A stretch of DNA of 63,273 nt, filler included, from Octopus bimaculoides (Eukaryota): NCBI RefSeq assembly GCF_001194135.2. It is 6 parts of 6 records of this genome, joined end to end, with 100 filler letters (N's around TTAATTAATTAA, not from the genome) between each part and the next. Parts side by side here need not be neighbours in the genome. Positions count along the whole stretch, not along the records: positions 35,179 to 41,645 come from NC_068999.1; positions 41,746 to 51,745 come from NC_069007.1; positions 51,846 to 58,476 come from NC_068982.1; 3 more parts are not named here. The stretch is one strand, 5' to 3'. Shown piece after piece: positions 39,239 through 52,925 of this stretch. The stretch's first letter is position 1; the number at the start of each line of letters is the position of its first letter. The notes beneath the pieces are model-generated. The model searched no databases, was not told where the DNA came from, and saw only the letters and a list, made by a program, of their open reading frames with translations. The position numbers and the translations under genes were made by a program.

Positions 39239-41504
39239 TCAACATTTCTGTATGCGTGATAATCTCCTCCATTTTTGTTTTGCTAATTCTGCACACAATG
39301 CATTAAATTTCATTTCATCAATTATCACTTTTCTGTAGCTTTAAAGGATGTTGGTGCAGTAGGAGCCATCTTCATATTACTTTGTCAATTTGATTAATCG
39401 AAGATTTTTCTCATCAAAACGTCAATAAATTGAAATCAAATTTCAAGGCGTATTACCTGTCTTCAATTATACATCTATGACTGCCTTGCTCTCGATCCCT
39501 CACTATTCTTCCCTCGTACTTCCTCCCTCTACCAGAAGTCAACAACACAACTAATCTTGGGTGAGACTAGTTGCAAATACACCATTAGTTTGATATATTT
39601 TATCTTTCCACTCCAGCTGGAATCATGTGTTGGTGTTCGACGTGAGGTGTTTGAAGTCTGTAAAAGTAATCTGATTTTTACGTCTACAAATTGCAACGAT
39701 GTTGGCAGCTTCAACTGAAAACATTGCATAACACAAAACTTTTGGTAGTTCAACGTTTTATTCTCAAGGGAGTTCTTTGGATTGAAAAACTTGATAATAA
39801 AATAGACAAGATGCTATGGGCTTGTTATTACAACTCTTTCGATTCAGAGTTTAAATAACTTCGAGATTACTTTGTATCCTTTCGACATTGATTAAATATA
39901 TCCTAGTCAAGCACTAGACTTGAAATAACGATCTATCTTTTCCCTGATAAACTCCTGGACTTATTACTAAAACCTCGTACCTAGAAAGGTTTCTAACGTT
40001 CCCTCAACAAACTGGTTTGAAATTTCTGTTAGAACCGATTAATTAATAACAAAAAGAGAAGCACTGTCTACAAACAATATACAGAATTTGATTTCATTGA
40101 TTGCATAAAGAAACTGTACACAGTGGATTTGTTTTATATTTTATCCCTAAAGCTAGAATAGGAAAACCATTATTACAATTAAGGAAATAATTATTTCTTT
40201 ACGCCGCACAAAGAAATATCATAAAACAAAAGTTTAATATTTATATTTTCATGAGTTATTATTCTAACGGGGATTTAATTCAAATTGAAAATCTTAATTA
40301 TACATTGATTTTAAAATGTTATTCGTTTTATGTTGTTCTTTAACATTTTCATGCTAATGATGTTGTTCACCGTGTTCTTCGGAATACTGTTGTTTTTGTT
40401 GTAAACAACATTTTTATGTTAAGTATTGTTAGCCTCAGGTAAGCTTACATTAATTAGATATATAATTATTCTAAAGGCATTGCAGCCACTAACACCTCAA
40501 GTTTTGTTAGATCTCTCCTTTCGCATAGCAGTAAAGCGCCATTCGGCTGTTAAATACAACAGAGAGTGGCCACGTAGAGAATATCATATATGGTGTTAAT
40601 ATTTAGCTAACGTTATCAATTCTATCATTATATTATATGCTGTCTTTGTTGTATTACGTGTTGCTTACGATGACTAGTTAAGGTTGCAGTTATTTTATAT
40701 TGTTCCAGTTGTTATTTTTCTCCTCGATTTTGTGGGTACGTGTCACAATTGTAATTATTTTGTCGCCTGTATTTCTCACAATGTTTGCTACAGCTATTGT
40801 GTTTGATGTTGCTGTATATGCATGTACGTCAGGTTCGGTGTCATTGATGTACGTATTATTGTTATTGTCGCTGTTGTTTGATTTTAGACCCCAGAACTGC
40901 CCTGATAAATCTGGGAATTCTCAATGCAGCAGCACGGCTAAGACTGTTACATTTTTATAGGAAATGGTAGGTTTCTTATATTTCTTGAAAACATTCTTAC
41001 TCAGAATCAAAACGGAGTCATTTCAGGAAGAATTTGCTACTATTCTTAGCCGGTCAGGCGACGAAGAATATTTATCATTCTCCAGATACTTTTTTACAGA
41101 TATTCTGCAACTTGGCATTTACAAATTGTTGTTTTCGTTGTAGTATGATTGTTTTTGAAGTTCGTATATTTCATACCTAGTTTCTTTTTTCTCTTTAATT
41201 GCTCTATAAATTGCTGAGTTTATATTAATATATGTCATCATTGGTACGCAAATAAACAAAGTACCAAGATTGTGAAATGAGATAAAAAATAAAACATCGA
41301 GGAGAAAAAAGAGTGTACCGTGGAAGATACACGAAGATGGATGAACACTATATAAATTACAAAGATAGGGTGAAACCATAACGTGTAATTTCAATCGTCC
41401 GAAGAAATATTTTCTAGAATGTGCTGATTAATTTGAAGTATTTCTATATTTCTCATAACAGGTTCAGAGAGACGTTTTTATGTTACAGTATTTTTTTATT
41501 GCTA

Positions 41505-41541
<37 letters not shown>

Positions 41542-42334
41542 TATACATATATATGTGTGTGTGTGTGTGTGTGTGTTTTGCGTGTGTGTGTATATGTGTG
41601 TGTATGTGTGTGTATGTATTATGCGTACATATGTATACATATATANNNNNNNNNNNNNNNNNNNNNNNNNNNNNNNNNNNNNNNNNNNNTTAATTAATTA
41701 ANNNNNNNNNNNNNNNNNNNNNNNNNNNNNNNNNNNNNNNNNNNNTATATATATATATCACTCTCGTATTATTATGTTCGAATGTGTGTGTGCAATATAT
41801 GTGTGTGTGTATTTATGTATATATACAAATATAAATATTTATACATTTATATATATATATACATATATACACATGTATACATATATACATGTATATACAT
41901 ATACATATATATATATATATATATATATGTTTGTGTGTGCGTGTGTGTGTGTGTGTGTGTACGTATACATAAATGTATATATATATATTATATATGTATA
42001 TACGTGTGTGTATGCGTGCATGGATAACTGTATATGTATATAGATGTATATATACATATGTACACGTATAAAAGCCACGTTGGCTACATTCTTCTTTCTT
42101 ATGACACTATCTTTCCCTGCGCCATTTCCTTCATCTGCCAGTCACCTTATCTGAGAATGCCTCGATTATTCCGAAGGTTTTTGGCATTCAACCTCCACCC
42201 GCCCATTCACCCACTCTCTCCACTGACCACAACAGTCTTAACCCCTCTACCCCCTCCCTCTAATTCTAATATTCTAAGCCATTCGATCATTGCTTTATCT
42301 TTTATCTATGGACTTGTTTCAGTTATTAGACAGC

Positions 42335-42640
42335 GACCATGCTGGGGCACCGCCTCGAAGTATTTTTAGTTGAATAAATAGACCGCAGTAATTATTTGTT
42401 TTTAAAGCGTAGCACTTATTCTATCGATGGATTATTGCCGAACCGCTAACTTAAGGAGACGTAAATATACCAAAGGGGTGGGAAACAAACTCAGACACAA
42501 TCACACACATACACACACATGCGACAGGGTCATTTCAGTTTCTGTCTACTAAATCCACTCACAAGGCTTTGTTCGGCCCGAGGCTACGGTAGAAAAGACT
42601 TACCCAAGATCGCAATGCAGTGGGATTAACCAGGAACCCA
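42335..42640 (-). mobile_element. SINE family B with tail
   Basis: gaccatgctggggcaccgcc...tttcagtttctgtctactaaatccactcacaaggctttg. Confidence 0.8.
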
Positions 42641-42937
42641 CGTGGGAGAATATTAAAAAGCCGTGGGCCCCTGAAACCCAGACTGCTGCAAAAAATGGTC
42701 CTGAAGCGCGATGGCATTGCTGGGGTCTTTGGCACTGTGCAGCGGTGACCCGTTCTGGCATTTGTGTAGCTTTTAGTGTCAAAATTTGGCACAATCCCTT
42801 CCAGGATCTTCCAGATGTATATTACTGCATATCTCTCCCGCTTTCGGTCCAGGAAGTAAAGTCTTACCTCTTTCAGCCTTTCCCAATAGCTGAGCTGTTG
42901 CAAAGAGACGATCTTCTTTGGGAAGCTTAGCTGGGTT
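42640..42937 (-). pseudogene. CR1-group LINE ORF2 C-terminal remnant
   Basis: LSYWERLKEVRLYFLDRKRERYAVIYIWKILEGIVPN...FRGPRL. Confidence 0.75.
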
Positions 42938-43614
42938 ATATATATATATATATATNNNNNNNNNNNNNNNNNNNNNNNNNNNNNNNNNNNNNNNNNNNNN
43001 NNNNNNNNNNNNNNNNNNNNNNNNNNNNNNNNNNNNNNNNNNNNNNNNNNNNNNNNNNNNNNNNNNNNNNNNNNNNNNNNNNNNNNNNNNNNNNNNNNNN
43101 NNNNNNNNNNNNNNNNNNNNNNNNNNNNNNNNNNNNNNNNNNNNNNNNNNNNNNNNNNNNNNNNNNNNNNNNNNNNNNNNNNNNNNNNNNNNNNNNNNNN
43201 NNNNNNNNNNNNNNNNNNNNNNNNNNNNNNNNNNNNNNNNNNNNNNNNNNNNNNNNNNNNNNNNNNNNNNNNNNNNNNNNNNNNNNNNNNNNNNNNNNNN
43301 NNNNNNNNNNNNNNNNNNNNNNNNNNNNNNNNNNNNNNNNNNNNNNNNNNNNNNNNNNNNNNNNNNNNNNNNNNNNNNNNNNNNNNNNNNNNNNNNNNNN
43401 NNNNNNNNNNNNNNNNNNNNNNNNNNNNNNNNNNNNNNNNNNNNNNNNNNNNNNNNNNNNNNNNNCAATGTGACTGGAACAAATCCAAATACCCAGTGCT
43501 CGGTGAGGTAGCACAAGTCAAAAAGAGAATAATAGTAATCGATTGATACTTTGGTGGATAGCTACTTTCTGGGAGAGGACACAGTCTACAAAATATTTAT
43601 TAATAAATAACAAG

Positions 43615-43810
43615 TATGACGGAAGCCTGGCAGAATCGTTACTGTGCCGGACAAAATGCTTAGCGGCATTTCATCTGTTATTACGTTATGAGCTGAAATT
43701 CTGCTGAGGTCGATAAAATAAGTACCAAGTAGAGTACTGGGTTCGATGTAATCGGATTGTCCCCCCCCCCGAAATTGCTGGCCCTGTGCCAAAATTAGAA
43801 ACCAATAAAT
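43615..43810 (+). mobile_element. SINE family A, internally deleted
   Basis: ctggcagaatcgttac...gccggacaaaatgcttagcgg...gaggtcgataaaataagtacc. Confidence 0.8.
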
Positions 43811-45619
43811 GACAAGTGTATTTATTTACTGAAGTTGATGTGTAAATTTTTGTTTTACTGGCAACGATTGTATGTTGTTCACGTCATAAGAATTTCAAAA
43901 CTTCGAGGGAACATGAAATAATTCTTTTTTTAACTATTGAACTCGAAGTAAATAAAGCTATAAATAAGAATATGTAAATATTCGGTTTAAAAACATTTAA
44001 AATGTCTAAATTCTTGACGTAAACAACCTCCAGTTTTTGCTAGTAAGAACAAGGTTTCTAAAACGGATAGAGGCTTTCGATGGATTGCTATGGTCCAATG
44101 GTAGATCGCCTCTCATGCTTATAGAAGTTGTCTTACGGGTAGCCTTCAACTTTTCCAATCCCAAAGGCTTTTATCCTACTATTTACAAGCTGTTTATATA
44201 AAATCTGAGGAAGATTCAGCTGCTATTTCTAACAAGTCCGTCAATTCACGAATACCAACCTGGAGAATTACTGCAGCAGTGTAAAATCTGAAGGAGATTT
44301 AGTTACTATTTCTAATAAGAACTTGTTGTTCCTAACGTGTGTGCTTTAGCGCCCATGTTATTCAAAAACAATCTATTTTTTCCTATTATTGCTCATTCTC
44401 TTTGCACAGATCGATGAAGTAAAATAGATGCCAATTGCTAGAATAATAACAACAAATGGCAAATAAAAATCAATAAAAATAAAATAAATATGAAATAAGC
44501 TTCCTTCTTTTCTGACTTAGAATAAAGCTTTGTTTGTGAAAATTCCTCATCTCCAAGCTACACAACAAGAAATTCAAAAACAAAAACACACACATATCTT
44601 ATACTCTCCCCTTTTTATTTTGCTTAATTATCTCCGCCATCTTTTTTACGTTCGCTGTTGTCTTCCCTTTTCCTTTGTCTTCCATCATTTTCGTTCTTTT
44701 CTTGAAGGGATTTTTTTTCGTTTTGCTTTATTTTACGGTGAGCTTTTTTCCCTATTTTTTTTTTCTTTATGTTATTATTATTATTGTCGTCATTGTTCTT
44801 CTTGTTCTTCTTGTTTAAAACATATGGAAAAAATGTCAAAACAATAAAACAAGAGGCATTTACGCAAGATACTTAAATTTCGCTCTTCTCCTTCTTATAT
44901 TCAGTTATTTATTTATTTGCATTCGTCTTTCTTTTTCTTTTCTTCCTTCTCTTCTTCTCCTTCTTTTTCCTCTCCCCCTCCCTCACCTCCCTTCCTCTTC
45001 TANNNNNNNNNNNNNNNNNNNNNNNNNNNNNNNNNNNNNNNNNNNNNNNNNNNNNNNNNNNNNNNNNNNNNNNNNNNNNNNNNNNNNNNNNNNNNNNNNN
45101 NNNNNNNNNNNNNNNNNNNNNNNNNNNNNNNNNNNNNNNNNNNNNNNNNNNNNNNNNNNNNNNNNNNNNNNNNNNNNNNNNNNNNNNNNNNNNNNNNNNN
45201 NNNNNNNNNNNNNNNNNNNNNNNNNNNNNNNNNNNNNNNNNNNNNNNNNNNNNNNNNNNNNNNNNNNNNNNNNNNNNNNNNNNNNNNNNNNNNNNNNNNN
45301 NNNNNNNNNNNNNNNNNNNNNNNNNNNNNNNNNNNNNNNNNNNNNNNNNNNNNNNNNNNNNNNNNNNNNNNNNNNNNNNNNNNNNNNNNNNNNNNNNNNN
45401 NNNNNNNNNNNNNNNNNNNNNNNNNNNNNNNNNNNNNNNNNNNNNNNNNNNNNNNNNNNNNNNNNNNNNNNNNNNNNNNNNNNNNNNNNNNNNNNNNNNN
45501 NNNNNNNNNNNNNNNNNNNNNNNNNNNNNNNNNNNNNNNNNNNNNNNNNNNNNNNNNNNNNNNNNNNNNNNNNNNNNNNNNNNNNNNNNNNNNNNNNNNN
45601 NNNNNNNNNNNNNTTTGCC

Positions 45620-45950
45620 TTTCATCTTTTTGAGGATCGATAAATTAAGTACCAGCGAAACATTGGGGTCGATATAATCGACTAGTTCCCTCCCTACGAA
45701 TTTCAGTAGAAAGGATATTAAAACAAAAATATTGTTTACGAGCTGGCAGAAACGTTAGCACGCCGGGCGAAATGTTTAACGATATTTCGTATGTCTTTAC
45801 GTTCTGAGTTCAAATTCCGCCGAGGTCGACTTTGCCTTTCATCCTTTCGGAGTCGATGAATTAAGTATCAGTTGCGTACTGGTATCAATCTAATCGACTG
45901 GCCCCCTCCCCCAAGATTTCGGGCCTTGTGCATAGAGTAAAAAAGATTGT
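45620..45950 (+). mobile_element. Two tandem SINE family A copies (partial + full), CpG-intact
   Basis: gagctggcagaaacgttagcacgccgggcg...ttccgccgaggtcgactttgcc. Confidence 0.85.
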
Positions 45951-46382
45951 TTAATGCAACTTCTTGCCCACTATACTTAAATCCCACAAATTCTTTCCTT
46001 TCTACATCCCTCCAAATTCCAGGTACCCTTCTAATATCTATCTACCTTTTTATTTATCTAGCTCCCTACAATTCTCTTTATATACCTACATATCTTTTTT
46101 CTTTACCTATTTGTCTTCTATCATCCCTACATAACAACCTCTCCCCATCTGTACTTACCTACCTGCCAATACACCTACCTACCTATCTACCTGCCTACCT
46201 ATTGCCTCTATAGCTACCTACATACCTATCAACATATCTACCTACTAACCTACCTTCGTGCCTATATACATACCTACTTGCCGACATACTTACTGACCTA
46301 CATACATATATACATACATATGTACATACACACACACATACATACATACATTCACTCACATAACTTCATAGATACATGTATA

Positions 46383-46480
46383 CCAGTGGTACTCCGTCGG
46401 TTACGACAACGAGGGTTCCAGTTGATCCGATCAACGGAACAGTCTGCTCGTGAAATTAACGTAGTTCTCGGAGTTCTCAA
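46383..46480 (-). mobile_element. SINE family D 3' fragment
   Basis: actccgtcggttacgacaacgagggttccagttgatccgatcaacggaacag matches 3970-4040. Confidence 0.85.
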
Positions 46481-46639
46481 CTGGTATTGATGTGTTTCCG
46501 TTTCCTTCACTTAGCAGTTCGGCAAAAAAGATTGTTACAATAAGTATAAGTCTAGGGTCGGTTCATTCGACTCAAAATTCTTGTATTATACACAATATCA
46601 TCATTAGTATATTATATATACATGGATAGATTTCTTTCA

Positions 46640-46745
46640 TCGAATTGGAAGACATCTCGACGGAATTTGAACTCATAAAATAAAGCCGGAAAAAAAGCCG
46701 CAAACAATTTTGTCCAGCGTGCTAACGATTCTACCAGCTCGCCAT
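46640..46745 (-). mobile_element. SINE family A head
   Basis: cggaatttgaactc...gtgctaacgattctaccagctcgcc. Confidence 0.7.
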
Positions 46746-47229
46746 AATAAATATATATATAAATATGTGTGAGATNNNNNNNNNNNNNNNNNNNNNNNNN
46801 NNNNNNNNNNNNNNNNNNNNNNNNNNNNNNNNNNNNNNNNNNNNNNNNNNNNNNNNNNNNNNNNNNNNNNNNNNNNNNNNNNNNNNNNNNNNNNNNNNNN
46901 NNNNNNNNNNNNNNNNNNNNNNNNNNNNNNNNNNNNNNNNNNNNNNNNNNNNNNNNNNNNNNNNNNNNNNNNNNNNNNNNNNNNNNNNNNNNNNNNNNNN
47001 NNNNNNNNNNNNNNNNNNNNNNNNNNNNNNNNNNNNNNNNNNNNNNNNNNNNNNNNNNNNNNNNNNNNNNNNNNNNNNNNNNNNNNNNNNNNNNNNNNNN
47101 NNNNNNNNNNNNNNNNNNNNNNNNNNNNNNNNNNNNNNNNNNNNNNNNNNNNNNNNNNNNNNNNNNNNNNNNNNNNNNNNNNNNNNNNNNNNNNNNNNNN
47201 NNNNNNNNNNNNNNNNNNNNNNNNNNNNN

Positions 47230-47298
<69 letters not shown>

Positions 47299-47784
47299 TT
47301 ATATGTATATATATATCTATGTATGTATGTATGTATGTGTGCGCACGCGCATATGCTTTTCTGCTATTGAAATCCGTCTGTTAATTCTTAAGCAAAATAG
47401 GAAGAACCATAGAAAGTGACTTTTTTAAAAACAGAAAACGATTAACAATAACAGAAAAGAAACAAAAAAAAAATGTAAACGAAGTATTTAAAATTTTATA
47501 AACTAGTTATAAAGCTGATATGAAACTGTACTCTGTAGATGCAGAATAGTGGCAAACCCTAAGCAATTAGTATAGAATTATGCACCTCCCCCCTACTGAT
47601 GCTCTACGTAGAGAGTAGCAATGAAGCGTATATCACTTTCAGAATCAGTGAGCAATGAATATGACTGCAACATTTACCATATTTTCCAGCTGTGAACCAG
47701 TGCAGATTTCCTACTAAATATCCTACGGGTATTTGTGAAAATATACATTCAGTGGGAACAGCAGACATGTTTCGTGTCAGCAGA

Positions 47785-47841
47785 CGTTCGTTCGTTCGCT
47801 CGTTTCGTTCGTTCGCTCGTTTCGTTCGTTCGTTCGTTCGT
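47785..47841. repeat. (TTCG)n CpG-rich microsatellite
   Basis: Read directly. Confidence 0.9.
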
Positions 47842-48025
47842 AGGTTTGTGGGAGATATGGAGATAGAGACACAGACAGTGAGGTTCTAACATATAAATGA
47901 TTGGTACATGTTGTATATGGGGATCTGTGTGCTAGTGGATGCCTTTGAGTATGCGTGTATGTGTGTATGTGCTCATGCATACATATACATACGTACACAC
48001 ACAAACACACACATATGTATACGTA

Positions 48026-48068
<43 letters not shown>

Positions 48069-48434
48069 NNNNNNNNNNNNNNNNNNNNNNNNNNNNNNNN
48101 NNNNNNNNNNNNNNNNNNNNNNNNNNNNNNNNNNNNNNNNNNNNNNNNNNNNNNNNNNNNNNNNNNNNNNNNNNNNNNNNNNNNNNNNNNNNNNNNNNNN
48201 NNNNNNNNNNNNNNNNNNNNNNNNNNNNNNNNNNNNNNNNNNNNNNNNNNNNNNNNNNNNNNNNNNNNNNNNNNNNNNNNNNNNNNNNNNNNNNNNNNNN
48301 NNNNNNNNNNNNNNNNNNNNNNNNNNNNNNNNNNNNNNNNNNNNNNNNNNNNNNNNNNNNNNNNNNNNNNNNNNNNNNNNNNNNNNNNNNNNNNNNNNNN
48401 NNNNNNNGTACATATATATATATATACGCGCACA

Positions 48435-48600
48435 CGACAGGCTTCAACACAGTTTTTGTAAGTAAAATTCACTCACAAGGCATTGGTCGACCCGGGGTCT
48501 ATAATGTAAGACATTTGCCCAAAGTTCCACACAGTCGGACTAGAGCGGAAACCTCGTAGTGACAAAATGAGTTCCTTAGTCACATCGCCATGTCTGCCCT
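48435..48600 (-). mobile_element. SINE family B, diverged
   Basis: aaattcactcacaaggcattggtcgacccgggg...catttgcccaa. Confidence 0.7.
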
Positions 48601-49676
48601 TGGTAGATGAAAACCTGTTGGAAAGAAATCTACCCTGAGTAAAATTATAGGCAAGGGCGGACGTAAGTTACAAAGATTTCTCTAAGCTACAAGCATTTAA
48701 CCTTCTTCTGCTCTCATTTGCCTCGTTTTACATCTGTGGAAATGGATTTTCATGCTTGATGCAAATTAAATCCAAATAGAGGAATCGTTTTGCAGCTGAA
48801 AGCGATATTTCTTTGCATATTTTCAAGTACCACATCAAAACATTGAATCTAACGTCAATGATAAAAGAATTTAAAGATCATCTACTTTGGGTTAGCACTG
48901 GTAACAAACAGAATTCACACACGGAAGCACCAGTGTGTCGTGTTTTCTTAGAAACTTAATCTTCTAAAATAAAATTGTGCTTGTCTTCTTTTTTGCACAT
49001 AAAAATTTGCTCATAAAAATATACATACATATACATGTATGTGTATTAAATATGTATCTATATATCTTTTATATATTTATGTTTGTAAATATGCTTATGC
49101 ATATATATATAAAGATATATATACATACATGTATATGTGTGTATATATATATGTATATATGTGTGTGTGTGTGTAATGATTTTAACAGGCATTTTTATGG
49201 TAAAAAAGGAGAAATAGAAGAGAAACAATATAATTCTAGCGATTATACGTATGCTTTAGTGTATGTATTCGCCTTAAGCGGTCTTCTCATATAGATGTGT
49301 GATGCGCTAAACGCAGAGGCATGTATAGTAGCTGACGAGAAATGCCTGATATTAGCGTCGAAACAGTCAGATCGTGTGATTTTAACGTACTGCACTTCTT
49401 CAGTGGCCAGCGTCAGCCTAATCTCATCGCCAACGTTATTTAGAATAACAATGGCTTTTCACTCACCAGTATTACAAGTAGGTGACAAATGCCGGATGAT
49501 TCTTATCTTCTACGATATAGGTTTGTGTTTTTAGGATTGTACATCGATACGAGAGGACTTCTCAAAGCAAATACCGCTTTCTTCCGTGCGCTAATAATGC
49601 ATTCATCTAGTTGGTATTAATGTTGCTTATGCCGCTAGAGACAGACAGACAGACAGAGACATACACACATATATGT

Positions 49677-49727
<51 letters not shown>

Positions 49728-49937
49728 TGTTAGAAATTATATGTACCAGAAGATGTAACGCTGCTGCTATTACATTTAAAACTCCACGTAGATATTCGTA
49801 ATCCAGTCTGTTTTCTGTGTAAGTTGTTAATAATCGACCATAGATAATAGTATTGGCAGTTTGCTCTGTACCTCATACTCTGAGGAAATGTATTACATAA
49901 TTACTTCTAAATTAATATTATTAAATAATAAAGGGAA

Positions 49938-50135
49938 TTAAGGCGACGCTGGACGAAATGCTTAGCGGTATTTCACCCGTCGCTACGTTTTGAGTTCAAA
50001 TTCCGTTGTGGTCGACTTTGTCTTTCATTCTTTCGAGGTCGATAAATTAAGCAGCAATCAAGGAGTGGGGTAAACGTCATCGATTATCCCCATTCCCACA
50101 AATTCCAAGCTTTGTGCCTATAAAAGAAAGGATTA
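49938..50135 (+). mobile_element. SINE family A
   Basis: aaggcgacgctggacgaaatgcttagcggtatttc...gagttcaaattccg...gtcgacttt. Confidence 0.8.
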
Positions 50136-50928
50136 AATTATACAGACATTAATAATTTTACATTGAAATGTTCTCACAAATAAAGAAAAGCATTTTTAAA
50201 CATTTCAATTCTAAATAAGCCATTAATTATAATTATAATTATAATTATAATTGCTTTTCATATAATATAATATGCATAATTTTTGTGAAAATGTTTAACG
50301 TATTTAATAGGTAATTAACTAATTGTCGTGACGTAGAATTTTCGTTTATAACTGTTGCAACGTAGAATGCATGTCTGTTTTTTTTTATTCTTTTGTAATC
50401 CACTGACATAATCAAAAGTTAAATACTAAATAATAGCTTTAGTATGTGTATGCGTGTGTGTGTGTGTGTGTGTGTGNNNNNNNNNNNNNNNNNNNNNNNN
50501 NNNNNNNNNNNNNNNNNNNNNNNNNNNNNNNNNNNNNNNNNNNNNNNNNNNNNNNNNNNNNNNNNNNNNNNNNNNNNNNNNNNNNNNNNNNNNNNNNNNN
50601 NNNNNNNNNNNNNNNNNNNNNNNNNNNNNNNNNNNNNNNNNNNNNNNNNNNNNNNNNNNNNNNNNNNNNNNNNNNNNNNNNNNNNNNNNNNNNNNNNNNN
50701 NNNNNNNNNNNNNNNNNNNNNNNNNNNNNNNNNNNNNNNNNNNNNNNNNNNNNNNNNNNNNNNNNNNNNNNNNNNNNNNNNNNNNNNNNNNNNNNNNNNN
50801 NNNNNNNNNNNNNNNNNNNNNNNNNNNNNNNNNNNNNNNNNNNNNNNNNNNNTATATATATATATGCACACTATTTATATATACATTTATATATATATAT
50901 GTGCACACGATTTATTTATATAAACATG

Positions 50929-50985
<57 letters not shown>

Positions 50986-51044
50986 ATGTGTATGTATATA
51001 TGTGTCTGTATATATGTGTATGTATGTATATATGTATATATAGG

Positions 51045-51130
51045 CGCGGGCGTGGGTGTGTGGTAAGAAGTTTGCATCTCAACGTCGGATTTGCAAGTTC
51101 AGTCACACTGCGTGGTACTGTGGGCAAGTG

Positions 51131-51135
<5 letters not shown>
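51045..51135 (+). mobile_element. SINE family B head
   Basis: ggcgcgggcgtgggtgtgtggtaagaagtttgc...tgggcaagtg. Confidence 0.7.
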
Positions 51136-51207
<72 letters not shown>

Positions 51208-51339
51208 ATATATAATGATCTGCGATACGGTGTAATCACGTATTATCATATGTGATATTGTAAATCATAAAATTAAAATAGATGAAATGTTAAACACAGA
51301 CTTTATCAGAACTTCATTGGTTAATATTATGTATATGCA

Positions 51340-51435
51340 AAGTTGACCTCAGCGGAACTTGAACACACAACGTAAAGACAGACAAAATGCCAGCAAGCAT
51401 TTTGTCCGGCATGCTAATCATTCCACCAGTTTGCA
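51340..51435 (-). mobile_element. SINE family A head
   Basis: aaagttgacctcagcggaacttgaac...gcattttgtccggcatgctaa. Confidence 0.7.
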
Positions 51436-52754
51436 GCCTTTGTTTCGTATTAACACTTTATGTAATAAGCGCTGTTGCTCGCGTTGGTTTCTTTCAGTCT
51501 CGTTGTGAGAGGATATGTATGGATGTATGTATGTATACATGGGTTTGTATGTGTATGTACGTGTGTTTGTATGTATGTGTGTGTGTAGTGTTTGTGTGCA
51601 TGTGTTTATAAATATTATTCGTTTAACTTCTGTTCTGAAAAGACTAAACTCATATACATATTCGCATTTCCTAAACCATATTTGATGAACGTGTATCCAC
51701 AGACGTAAACTTTGGGCACATACGCTTATATATATATATATATATNNNNNNNNNNNNNNNNNNNNNNNNNNNNNNNNNNNNNNNNNNNNTTAATTAATTA
51801 ANNNNNNNNNNNNNNNNNNNNNNNNNNNNNNNNNNNNNNNNNNNNGTAATAATAAAAAATATGAATGAAAAAATTATGAATGGAAAAAATTATGAATGAA
51901 AAAATTAGGAAAGAAAAAATTATTAAGAATAAAAGATTAAACTTTATATATATATACAAAGTTTTGATTTAAAAAAAAACTTTAACGATATTATAAACTA
52001 TAAAGATTAATAATTAATCAAATATTATTAATCAAAAATAATCAAAAATATATCAACACTATTCAAATCGAAGTTCTAATATTATGTTGAAATGAAACTA
52101 TAACTTCTAAATAATTTAGTGTTAAATAAGTTATGTATTAAAAATAATCTATAAAGAACCAAATGAATAATATAAAAACAAGAATACATATTATTTTCAA
52201 ATAGTAGAAAATATATATATATATATATAATGTATATATAGATAGTGTTTTTATTTTTTCTTGCTTGGAATTTTGAAGTTGAATTGTTCTGCTTGACCTA
52301 CTTTTGATTGTCCTGCAGCTTATGAAGAAAAGGTTGAACTATATTAAATTACGGAGATGTACTTGCATAGCAAGTGACCTGATCTGAGATCATGTGGTGA
52401 AACAAAAACAATTGCAGCATGGAAGGTATTTTATAAGCCATTTAAAAACACACAAAAACCATTAGATTCACTTCAACATTTAAATTTAATTTGCCAAAAT
52501 ATTTTCGTTGCTTTGAGACCACGACCTATTCACTGACGAATTTCTGTGCTGCTTCTCAGAAAGTAACAGTTAGTTAATGATATGATATGATATGATATGT
52601 ATGTATGTATATATGTATGTATGCATGCATGCATGCATGTATGTACGTATGTACATATTTATACATATATATATATATATATATATATANNNNNNNNNNA
52701 TGTATGTATGCATGTATGTATGTATGTATGTGTGTATATATATAGCTATATATA

Positions 52755-52925
52755 TATGATGCCCTTTCACACAGTTTTTGTGTACCAAATTTGCTTGCAA
52801 GGTATGGGTCAGCCCAGAGCTATAGTAGAAGACATTTGCCCAAGATGTCACATGGTGGGACTGAACTCAAAACTACATGGTTGCAAAGCAGACTTCTTAA
52901 CCACACAGCTATGCCTGCACCAATA
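52755..52925 (-). mobile_element. SINE family B, CpG-decayed
   Basis: gtcagcccagagctatagtagaagacatttgcccaag...accacacagctatgcctgcacc. Confidence 0.8.

Noticed and set aside
39624-39714. Minus-strand EAANIVAICRRKNQITFTDFKHL resembling the histone-fold C-terminus
   Set aside because: Only about 6/22 identities, no upstream histone-fold exon, two frames open; chance likely
40700-40960. 86-aa hydrophobic ORF as a membrane protein
   Set aside because: TTG start; hydrophobicity derives from a T-rich (TTG/TAT) low-complexity tract
49332-49368. Second hammerhead-like string CTGACGA...GAAACAGTC
   Set aside because: Stem I does not pair at the junction (G opposite A), stem II has only 2 clean pairs, and stem III is not palindromic
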